Assembly (NCBI GenBank): GCA_019348495.1 | Contig: JAHWJI010000002.1 | Span: 72-64,071 of the forward strand | DNA from: Actinomycetota bacterium | GTDB lineage: Bacteria > Actinomycetota > Acidimicrobiia > Acidimicrobiales > CADCSY01 | Direction: 5' to 3' | Length of the DNA stretch: 64,000 nt | In this document: in pieces, positions 9,871 through 17,487 of the stretch | How positions within the stretch are numbered: the first letter of the stretch is position 1 | How the letters are laid out: every line of letters starts with the position of its first letter | The notes under the pieces: generated by a model | The model's input: only the letters and a program-made list of their open reading frames with translations | What the model was told of the DNA's origin: nothing | The model's database searches: none | Position numbers and translations under genes: made by a program

Positions 9871-10586
9871 GCGTCCCCCACGGGCGGGCCCTTCCGGGTG
9901 TGACGCTCGACGTGGTCATGCCTGCCCGCAACGAGGCGACCACGGTGGGGACGAACGTCGCCGCCGCCCAAGGCTGTCGCTATGTGCGGGAGGTCATCGT
10001 GGTCGACGACGCCTCGTCCGACGCCACCGCCGAGCAGGCCTCGGCGGCCGGGGCCAGGGTGGTCCGCCGGGAGGCGGGCGTCGGTTCCAAGGCCCTGGCC
10101 ATGGCCACGGGGGTGGCGGCGAGCGACGCCGAGGCCATCCTCTTCGTCGACGCCGACTGCGCCGGGCTGACGCCCGTCCACCTCGACGAGGTGTGCGTCC
10201 CCTTCATGGAGGGGCGGGCCACCATGTCGATCGGCTTCTTCGACTACGGCCGCTTCTGGAACTGGGTGGTGCTGCGCTGCCCGCCGCTCAGCGGTGAGCG
10301 CGTGGTGCCCCGCTGGGTCTTCGAGGCGGTGCCGGCCACGAAGCTCGACGGCTACACCATCGAGGTCCGGCTCAACGAGGTCATCTGCGAGGCCCGCCTG
10401 CGCACCAGCGCCCGGATCATGGAGGGGGTCCAGCACCGCACCAAGCGGGCCAAGGTGGGCCGGCGCGAGGGCCTGCGCCAGACGTGGCGGATGTACAAGT
10501 CCCTGGTCTCGCTGCTCATCCCCCTCGGCGACATCCGCTGGCGCACCTACTGGTTCTATCTCCGGGGCCTGACGATCGAGCGGTAG
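9867..10586 (+). CDS. Glycosyltransferase family 2
   Basis: GTGA start/stop overlap with the upstream gene. LDVVMPARNEATTV...VREVIVVDDASSDAT...ILFVDADC (GT-A fold with DxD-type motif). The longer ORF from 9399 was rejected because of its Arg/Gly-rich N-terminus. Confidence 0.7.
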   Translation: MSVPHGRALPGVTLDVVMPARNEATTVGTNVAAAQGCRYVREVIVVDDASSDATAEQASAAGARVVRREAGVGSKALAMATGVAASDAEAILFVDADCAGLTPVHLDEVCVPFMEGRATMSIGFFDYGRFWNWVVLRCPPLSGERVVPRWVFEAVPATKLDGYTIEVRLNEVICEARLRTSARIMEGVQHRTKRAKVGRREGLRQTWRMYKSLVSLLIPLGDIRWRTYWFYLRGLTIER

Positions 10587-10676
10587 CCCACGCCGTCTCG
10601 TTCGCTTGGGTCCCGAAAAACGGCACTCACGCCCACGAGACGCAGAGCCGGGAGAGCTGGCTAGCATCCCGCCACC

Positions 10677-12830
10677 GTGGCTGCACCGTGGACCTTCGCC
10701 GGCGAGCCGCCCCCGGTCAGCCAGGCCGCCGGCATCGTCACCCTGGTGGAGGGCTCCACCTTTTGCATCTCGGGCCCGGCGGGCGACATCGACGGGGGCA
10801 TGACCCACGGTCTGTTCTTCCGCGACACCCGCTTTCTGTCCTCCCTCGAGCTGCGTCTCAACGGCATGCCGCTCCAGACGCTCTCGTCGCTGGTGGGCGA
10901 CCCGTTCAGTGCCACGTTCGTGACCCGGGCCCGGCCTCGGCCGGGGCGGGCGGACAGCACCCTGGTGGCGTTTCGCACCCGCTACGTGGGTCAGGGGATG
11001 CGCGAGGACCTCGTCATCCGCAACTTCGGGCCCGAGCCGGCGGCGTGTGTGCTGGAGCTCGCAGTCGACGTCGACTTCGCCGACCTGTTCGACGTCAAGG
11101 AAGGCAGGGTCGAGCTCCGGGGGGAGCACACGCTCGAGACCCTCGACAACGCTCTGGTCTTCGGCTGTCACCGGGACGGGATCCACCGGGGAACGGTCCT
11201 GTCCTGCTCGGGGTTGGCGGTCATCGAGCACCACCTGCTGGGCACCGAGGTGGTCATCGGGCCCCAGGGTTCGTGGACGGGTTGTGTCGAGCTGGCGCCG
11301 GTGATCGACGAGGCCCGGGTGGAGCCCCTCTACCGCTGCGGACGGCCGGTGGCGCGGGCGGCGCCCACCGAGCGGCTGCAACGCTGGCGACGCCAGGTCC
11401 CCACGCTGTCGTCGTCGCACCCCGGCCTGGAGGCGGTCGTCGCCCGCAGCCAGGCCGACCTGGGCGCGCTGCGGATCTTCGATCCCGAGTTCCCCGAGCG
11501 AACTGTGGTGGCCGCCGGGGCGCCGTGGTTCATGACCCTGTTCGGGCGCGACTCGTTGCTCACCTCGTGGATGACCATGCTCATCGATCCCGACCTCGCC
11601 CTCGGCGTGGTCCAGACGCTGGCCCGCTTCCAGGGGGAGAAGGTCGACCCCGACACCGAGGAGGAGCCGGGCCGGATCCTCCACGAGATGCGCTTCGGAT
11701 CGGCGGCCACCCTCTCGCTCGGCGGCGGCCACGTCTACTACGGCACCGCCGACGCCACCCCGCTGTTCGTCATGTTGCTGGGTGAGCTGCGCCGCTGGGG
11801 GCTGGCGGCCGAGCAGGTCGACCGGCTGCTGCCCCACGTCGACCGGGCCATGGACTGGATCGCCGACTACGGCGACGCCGACGGCGACGGCTTCGTCGAG
11901 TACGAGCAGGCCAGCGGCCGGGGCCTGCGCAACCAGGGGTGGAAGGACTCCTGGGACGGTGTGCGCGACGCCCGAGGCGAGTTGGGCAAGGGCCCCATCG
12001 CCCTGTGCGAGGTCCAGGGCTACACCTACGCCGCCTACGTGGCCCGGGCCCACTTCGCCCACGAGGCCGGCGACGAGGCCGTCGCCGCCGGCTTCCGGGT
12101 CCGGGCCGCCGAGCTCAAGGAAGCGTTCAACCGCCAGTTCTGGCTCGAGGACCGGCAGTGGTTCGCCATGGCCCTCGACGGCGACAAGCGCCCGCTCGAT
12201 GCCCTGACCTCCAACGTGGGCCACTGCCTGTGGACGGGCATCGTCGACCGTGACAAGGCGGCGGCGGTGGCCCGGCATCTGATGTCACCGGCGATGTTCA
12301 GCGGCTGGGGGGTGCGCACGCTGGCCACGACCATGGTCGGCTACAACCCCATCAGCTACCACAACGGCTCGGTGTGGCCCCACGACAGCGCGCTCGTCGC
12401 CGCCGGGCTCATGCGCTACGGCTTCGTGGAAGAGGCCCAGCGGGTGGTGATGGGCCTGATCGAGGCGGCCATGGCCGTGGGGGGCCGCCTGCCCGAGCTG
12501 TTCGGGGGGCTCGACCGCTCCGAGCTTCCGGTGCCCCTCGGCTACCCGGCCTCGTGCTCGCCCCAGGCGTGGGCGGCGGCGTCGCCTCTGCTGCTGTTGC
12601 GCCTGCTGTTGCGCTTCGATCCCTGGCTGCCGCACGGCAAGCTGTGGCTGGCCCCGGTGGTGCCCGCAGTCATCGCCCGTCTGCGGGTGGGCCACATTCC
12701 CCTGGGGGGAGGGCGGGTGGCCGTCGAGGTCGACGGCGACGACGTGTCGATCGAGGGGCTGCCACCGGGGGTGGAGCTGGTCAGAGAGCCTCGCCGGCCC
12801 CTGTCGGCCGAGGTGCCGGAAGGGCCGTAG
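10677..12830 (+). CDS. Amylo-alpha-1,6-glucosidase / glycogen-debranching-type protein (GDE_N + GDE_C)
   Basis: 717 aa. Regions ...VAAGAPWFMTLFGRDSLLTSWM... and ...GFVEYEQASGRGLRNQGWKDSWDGV...YHNGSVWPHDSALVAAGL are typical of the bacterial GDE_C family. Confidence 0.8.
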   Translation: MAAPWTFAGEPPPVSQAAGIVTLVEGSTFCISGPAGDIDGGMTHGLFFRDTRFLSSLELRLNGMPLQTLSSLVGDPFSATFVTRARPRPGRADSTLVAFRTRYVGQGMREDLVIRNFGPEPAACVLELAVDVDFADLFDVKEGRVELRGEHTLETLDNALVFGCHRDGIHRGTVLSCSGLAVIEHHLLGTEVVIGPQGSWTGCVELAPVIDEARVEPLYRCGRPVARAAPTERLQRWRRQVPTLSSSHPGLEAVVARSQADLGALRIFDPEFPERTVVAAGAPWFMTLFGRDSLLTSWMTMLIDPDLALGVVQTLARFQGEKVDPDTEEEPGRILHEMRFGSAATLSLGGGHVYYGTADATPLFVMLLGELRRWGLAAEQVDRLLPHVDRAMDWIADYGDADGDGFVEYEQASGRGLRNQGWKDSWDGVRDARGELGKGPIALCEVQGYTYAAYVARAHFAHEAGDEAVAAGFRVRAAELKEAFNRQFWLEDRQWFAMALDGDKRPLDALTSNVGHCLWTGIVDRDKAAAVARHLMSPAMFSGWGVRTLATTMVGYNPISYHNGSVWPHDSALVAAGLMRYGFVEEAQRVVMGLIEAAMAVGGRLPELFGGLDRSELPVPLGYPASCSPQAWAAASPLLLLRLLLRFDPWLPHGKLWLAPVVPAVIARLRVGHIPLGGGRVAVEVDGDDVSIEGLPPGVELVREPRRPLSAEVPEGP

Positions 12831-13857
12831 CCGGCCGGCGATCTCCGCCGAGCAGTGACTCGAACAGCTCCAGGTGGTCCCCGACCATCCGCTCGGTGGA
12901 GAAGCGCGTCTCCACCACCGCCCGGCAGGCCTTGCGATCGAGCTCGGCGACCCGGTGGACGGCGACGGCCATCTCGTCACGGTCCTCGCAGAGGAAGCCG
13001 GTGACGCCGTGGTCGACGATCTCGGGGGCGGCGCCCGAGCGGAAGGTGAGCACGGGCGTCCCACAGCCCAGGGCCTCGATCATGACCAGGCCGAAGGGCT
13101 CGACCCAGCGGATGGGGTTCAGCAGGCCCCGGGCCCGGGCCAGCAGATCGAACTTCTCGCTGCCTCCCACCTCGCCCACGTACTGGATCTCGCCACCGAG
13201 CAACGGCTTGACCTGTTCGTCGAAGTACTCGAGCTCGAGCGGCTCGCGCATCTTGGCCGCGATGAGCAGGGGTACGCCGGCCTGGCGGGCGACGAGCGCC
13301 GCTCGCCGGGCGCCCTTGTCCGGCGCCATGCGGCCGAGGAACAAGAAGTACTCGTCTGGCTGCTCCCCGAAGGGCAGGTCGGCCACGTCGATGCCGTGGT
13401 GGATGACCCGGGCGATGGGCACCCCGACGGCGTGATCGGCCTGGGACTGCGAGATGGCGATGATCGAGACCCACGGGGCGACGGCCCGGTAGATGTCGAG
13501 GAGCTCGTCGTTAAACGGGCCGTGGTTGGTGGTGACCGTCGTCAGGTCGGGAAAGCGCTGGGCGTAGATCGGCCCGGCCATGGTGTGGTCGTGGACGATG
13601 TCGAAGTCCTGGACGGTCCGGTAGGCGTCGATGACGTGGCGCAGCTCGGGCACCACCACCCCCATGCGCAGGTGCTCGGATCGCTCCAGCACGAAGTGGC
13701 GGGGCACCGGGCAGGTGGAGTCGCCGGTGGTGCACAGCAGCACCTCGTGGCCGGCGCCGTGGAAACCCCGGGCCAGCCGGTCGACCACCGTCTCGGTGCC
13801 ACCGTAGAGCGGGGGCGGGACGGGCACCCAGGGTGGGGCGATGAGCGCGATTCGCAT
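12781..13857 (-). CDS. Glycosyltransferase family 4 (GT-B, group 1)
   Basis: Start trimmed to the ATG at 13857: MRIALIAPPWVPVPPPLYGGTETVV. C-terminal EPFGLVMIEALGCGTPVL (E-x7-E region). Confidence 0.8.
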   Translation of the reverse strand: MRIALIAPPWVPVPPPLYGGTETVVDRLARGFHGAGHEVLLCTTGDSTCPVPRHFVLERSEHLRMGVVVPELRHVIDAYRTVQDFDIVHDHTMAGPIYAQRFPDLTTVTTNHGPFNDELLDIYRAVAPWVSIIAISQSQADHAVGVPIARVIHHGIDVADLPFGEQPDEYFLFLGRMAPDKGARRAALVARQAGVPLLIAAKMREPLELEYFDEQVKPLLGGEIQYVGEVGGSEKFDLLARARGLLNPIRWVEPFGLVMIEALGCGTPVLTFRSGAAPEIVDHGVTGFLCEDRDEMAVAVHRVAELDRKACRAVVETRFSTERMVGDHLELFESLLGGDRRPATALPAPRPTGAGEAL

Positions 13858-13953
13858 ACCGGAAAAGTAGTGGATCGTCCCGCCGAGCCCCGCGCCCTTG
13901 GACACGACGACTGCCGGGGTGATGTGGCCTAGGGTGGGTGCATCCGCCGTCGA

Positions 13954-14877
13954 GTGGCCGCATCCGTCGCTCTCGTGGTGACCTTCCTGGTCGCCGGGTC
14001 GGGAGCCGCCGCTGCCCAGGCGACCGAGGAGCCGACGGTGAGCGTCGTGCCCGGGCCGACGACAGAGAGAGAGTTCGCTCCCGAGTGCAACGACGTCGTC
14101 CTCGTGTTCGACGAGGCGACCTCGTTCGTCGTGGAGCGGACGGGGCCGACCGATGACGCCCTGACCGTGACCTACGAGGTCGACGGCTCGGCCATGGCGG
14201 GGGAGCACTACGAAGCCCTTCCTGGTGCGGTCGACTTCGAGGCCGGCGATGCCACTGCGACCGTTGACATCGACGTGCTGACCGGCCCCCGGACCGAGAT
14301 GGTGGAGCTCCGGCTCCGGCTCGTGGACGGGAGCGGCTACCAGCCGGGCGTGCCCGCGGAGGCGACGATCCCCTTCGTGCGACCCCGCAATCCGTCGCTG
14401 CCCCCGCCCGAGTGCGGCTTCTTCTTCGCCGAAGGCGATCGCATCGCTCGCACGGTCGAGGTCGGGGCCACGCCTGAGCGGGTCGTCATAGAGCAGTTCC
14501 GCCCGCCGATCCGGATCGAGGCCCCGCCCGAGGACTATCGGGTGGCGCTCACCGGCGGCGCCCTGGCGCCCGGCCTGTCGCTGGCCGAGGACGGTCGCTT
14601 CTCGGGGACCGCCGAGGAGGCGGGGACCTACCAGTCCACCATCCAGGCCTGTCGCACCCGAGCACCGGGCACCTGCGTCACGGCCACGTTGGTGATCCTC
14701 GTCGAGGGATCCGTCACCACGCCGACCGCTCCGACGCTGCCGGCCACTTCGTTGCCCCGGACCCCCCAGACCCTGCCCGCCACCGGTGCCCCCGGCGGGC
14801 CCGCGGTGGAGCTCGGCGCCGTGCTCGTCGGCCTCGGTCTCGTCCTTGCCGGGTGGGCGCGCTCAGCCCGTCGGTGA
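13954..14877 (+). CDS. Secreted cell-wall-anchored protein: signal peptide, Calx-beta-like domain, putative Ig-like domain, LPXTG sorting signal
   Basis: Signal peptide LVVTFLVAGSGAAAAQA. Calx-beta-like LTVTYEVDGSAMAGEHYEALPGAVDFEAGDATATVDIDV. C-terminus LPATG + hydrophobic stretch + RSARR. Confidence 0.7.
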   Translation: MAASVALVVTFLVAGSGAAAAQATEEPTVSVVPGPTTEREFAPECNDVVLVFDEATSFVVERTGPTDDALTVTYEVDGSAMAGEHYEALPGAVDFEAGDATATVDIDVLTGPRTEMVELRLRLVDGSGYQPGVPAEATIPFVRPRNPSLPPPECGFFFAEGDRIARTVEVGATPERVVIEQFRPPIRIEAPPEDYRVALTGGALAPGLSLAEDGRFSGTAEEAGTYQSTIQACRTRAPGTCVTATLVILVEGSVTTPTAPTLPATSLPRTPQTLPATGAPGGPAVELGAVLVGLGLVLAGWARSARR

Positions 14878-15636
14878 CGGCTCCGGGGCCGCTCGGCGGA
14901 CCAGGTGCTCGGCCAGGGCGCCGATGGCCACTACGGCGGGCGATGTCGGGTCCAGGTCGTAGGGGGCCCGGCCCAGGTGGTCGGCGTGGTCGACGGCGGG
15001 GTCCTCGGGGACAGTGAGCACCTCGGCACCGTCGATCGCCTCGGTCATGCGGGCCAGGTCCTCGTCACCGGCGCAGCGGTTGGCGACCACGACGATGCGC
15101 GCCACCCCGAGATCGGTGGCCACCTCCCGGGCCCGGCGGGCGATCTCCACCGACTTGGCGCTGGGCTCGGCCACCACCAGGACCACGTCGTTCGCTCCGG
15201 GCCTGGCCCACAGCAGGTCGTTGATCCCGGCTTCGAGGTCGGCCACGACGATGCGGTCGTCGTCGCTGAGCTCTCCGAAGAACTGGCGGGTGGTCATGTG
15301 CGAGCCGCAGCACAGGCAGGAGTCGGTGGGCCGCTCGATCTTGCCGGTGGCCACCAGCCGCACCCCGCCGGGGGCGTCGACGCCGTAGCGCCGCAACAGG
15401 TCCTCGGGGTCGGGGGTGGGGTCGTCGTGGGTGTGGCCGACGGCGATGAGGGCGTTGAGGATGGGCTCCATGGCCTCCACCCGCTCCCGCTCGACGCCGA
15501 GCGAGATGCCCAGGTTGGGGTTGGGGTCGCCGTCGACGGCCACCACCCGGTGGCCCTGGCTGGCCAGGTGGCGGCACAGGGCGCCCGAGACCGTGCTCTT
15601 GCCCGAGCCCCCCTTGCCGGTGACGGCGATCTTCAT
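14863..15636 (-). CDS. CooC-type (MinD/ParA superfamily) P-loop ATPase with CxC metal-binding motif
   Basis: Deviant Walker A MKIAVTGKGGSGKST. SCLCCGSH motif (15307-15318), like the Ni-binding CxC of CooC. The ATG overlaps the upstream stop (ATGA). Confidence 0.75.
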   Translation of the reverse strand: MKIAVTGKGGSGKSTVSGALCRHLASQGHRVVAVDGDPNPNLGISLGVERERVEAMEPILNALIAVGHTHDDPTPDPEDLLRRYGVDAPGGVRLVATGKIERPTDSCLCCGSHMTTRQFFGELSDDDRIVVADLEAGINDLLWARPGANDVVLVVAEPSAKSVEIARRAREVATDLGVARIVVVANRCAGDEDLARMTEAIDGAEVLTVPEDPAVDHADHLGRAPYDLDPTSPAVVAIGALAEHLVRRAAPEPSPTG

Positions 15637-16772
15637 ACCGGTACCTCCCGTTGGTCGTGGTCGCTGTGGTCGTGGTCACTGTGGTGGTGGTCGTGGCCGT
15701 TGCCGCCACCGGTCAGGAGATCGGCCAGCTCCCTCACCGCGGCGATGGCGGGGGAGTCGGGACACTCGTCGAGCGGGGCCAGCCCCAGGCGCTCCGCCCT
15801 GGCCACCGCCGCGTCGTCGGGGATGCGCACGGCGGGGGCCAGGCCGGGATGGTCGGGCTCGTCCCGGAAGCGGTTGGCCACCACGAGGGTGGGGACGTCG
15901 GCCACGAGGGGCAGCAGCCGGCGCGCCGTCATGGCCGAGCGCCATGCCGGGCCCACGACCACCATGACCCGGTCGGCGAAGGCGTGGTAGCGCTCGAAGG
16001 GGGTGGTGGGCCCGGCTTCGAGGTCGCCCACCACGTCCCAGGCCGGGTCCCCGAAGCCCAGGAGGATCTCCAACAGGGCGACGAGCGTCTGCTTGGGAGC
16101 GGTCTTGTCGGCGTCGTCGATCTTGCCCAGGGCCAGGAACCGGGCGCCGTCGGGGGCAGTTAGGGCGAGGCGGTCGACGGCCTGAGCCGGGCTCAGCCCC
16201 GTCCGCAGCCGCCACCCGTAGGCGGCGCCGGCGTGGGCCTCGACGGCATCAGGAGGCAGGCCGCCGGCCGTCGGGGAGACGCCCAGGCTGAAGGCCAGCC
16301 CCGGGTTGGTGTCGAGGTCGGCGGCCAGCACCCGGTGACCGCGGCGGGCCAGGAGGCGGGACAGGGTGCCCGAGATCATCGACTTGCCGGCGCCACCCTT
16401 GCCGATGACGGCCACTCGTAGACCGAGCCTGCCCTCGGCCTCGACGACCACCTTCGGATCGGCGCCCGTCAGTGCCTCGTCGGCTTCCTCCCGGTACGCC
16501 GCCAGCACGCGGTGGTGGCCGGCCAGCTCCTGTTCCCATCTCGGGGCCAGGCGACCCCGGAGCCGGGCCTCGAGGTTGCGCCCGAAGCGTCCGGCCTGGC
16601 GCTGCACGCCCCTCCACGCCAGGCAGTGAGCCACCTCGTCGCCGGCCGAACCGGGTGGACCGGTACGGGCCACGCCGGCCATGGCCTCCATCACCGCCAC
16701 CTGGCGTGTGAGTGAGTCGATCAGCCACTCGTCCCTGGGGCTGCGATCAGACTGCGTGTCCAGCTCACTCAT
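15633..16772 (-). CDS. MinD/CooC-like P-loop ATPase with an unknown ~115-aa N-terminal domain and a His/Asp-rich C-terminal tail
   Basis: Start trimmed to the ATG at 16772 (MSELDTQ...). Walker A VAVIGKGGAGKSM. No CxC. C-terminus GGGNGHDHHHSDHDHSDHDQREVPV (about 15636-15710). Confidence 0.7.
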   Translation of the reverse strand: MSELDTQSDRSPRDEWLIDSLTRQVAVMEAMAGVARTGPPGSAGDEVAHCLAWRGVQRQAGRFGRNLEARLRGRLAPRWEQELAGHHRVLAAYREEADEALTGADPKVVVEAEGRLGLRVAVIGKGGAGKSMISGTLSRLLARRGHRVLAADLDTNPGLAFSLGVSPTAGGLPPDAVEAHAGAAYGWRLRTGLSPAQAVDRLALTAPDGARFLALGKIDDADKTAPKQTLVALLEILLGFGDPAWDVVGDLEAGPTTPFERYHAFADRVMVVVGPAWRSAMTARRLLPLVADVPTLVVANRFRDEPDHPGLAPAVRIPDDAAVARAERLGLAPLDECPDSPAIAAVRELADLLTGGGNGHDHHHSDHDHSDHDQREVPV

Positions 16773-16797
16773 GCGCAACCGGACGCTACCGAGGTCC

Positions 16798-17436
16798 TCA
16801 CTCCTCGGGCAACGCCGGAGGGGGGTTGCCCCGTCGCCGGCCGACGACGTAGACGGCGGTGAGGAGGACCGAAACGGTGGTGAGGACCACGACGTTGTCG
16901 GCCACGAACGCCAAGGCGGCGTCGACCGGGCCGGCGACGACGTCACCGAAGCGACGTAGGAGCAGGATGGTGGCGACGGTGCCGGCGATGTTGAGCACCA
17001 GGAACACGACCGTGGGCATCCGCGAGGCGCCGGCCAGCACGCACACCACGCCGCCGGGAAAGACGGCCACCAGGAGCCAGCCGACACGGTGAAACCTGCG
17101 CTGCACCCAGCGCAGGCTCCGGCCCCCTCCGACCTTGGCGTCGACCCAGCTGATGGCGTCGTCGCCGTACCAGCGCCCGAGCAGGAACAACAGCGGGTCC
17201 TCCAGCAGCCGCCGCCCCAGTCCCACCAACAGGTAGGGGACGAAGTCGACGCTGGTGGAGGTGAGGATCAGGTGGCGGGTGGTGGCGTTGAGCGCCAGGA
17301 GCAGCAGCGGGTGGCCGACCACCAGCGTGGGCGCCAGCGCGTTGCCGATCACCGCCGAGGCGGCCACGACGCCGAGGGGCGCGGTCACGAGGAGCAAGGG
17401 GCGGCGCCCGGGCCGGCGGGGGTGGCCCTCGTCCAT
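16798..17436 (-). CDS. DedA/SNARE-associated (VTT domain) membrane protein
   Basis: Start trimmed to the ATG at 17436 (MDEGHPRR...). Motif LLEDPLLFLLGRWYGDDAISWV plus multiple TM helices. Confidence 0.7.
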   Translation of the reverse strand: MDEGHPRRPGRRPLLLVTAPLGVVAASAVIGNALAPTLVVGHPLLLLALNATTRHLILTSTSVDFVPYLLVGLGRRLLEDPLLFLLGRWYGDDAISWVDAKVGGGRSLRWVQRRFHRVGWLLVAVFPGGVVCVLAGASRMPTVVFLVLNIAGTVATILLLRRFGDVVAGPVDAALAFVADNVVVLTTVSVLLTAVYVVGRRRGNPPPALPEE

Positions 17437-17487
17437 CGGTGGAGACCGTAATGAGCATCGGTACCGTCGAGCGTTCCCGACGAGGAG

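Noticed and set aside
10594-10642. 8-bp inverted repeat CGTCTCGT / ACGAGACG enclosing a small CCG-AAAAA-CGG hairpin between the GT2 gene and the debranching-type gene.
   Set aside because: The arms are short and separated by 33 nt, with no U-tract. It could be a weak terminator or regulatory site, but the evidence is too thin to call.
12781-14208. N-terminally extended versions of real genes in the ORF track. Examples: 12781..14208, 15633..17087, 16798..17694, 19912..20889, 5422..6039, 5912..6520, 9399..10586, 20576..21571, 23004..24113, 25738..27081, 27821..29536, 37394..38824 and 38670..39671.
   Set aside because: The extra N-terminal segments are Arg/Pro-rich, overlap neighbouring genes or intergenic promoters, and precede internal starts that have an RBS or a 4-nt start/stop overlap and match typical family N-termini. 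The coordinates were trimmed accordingly.
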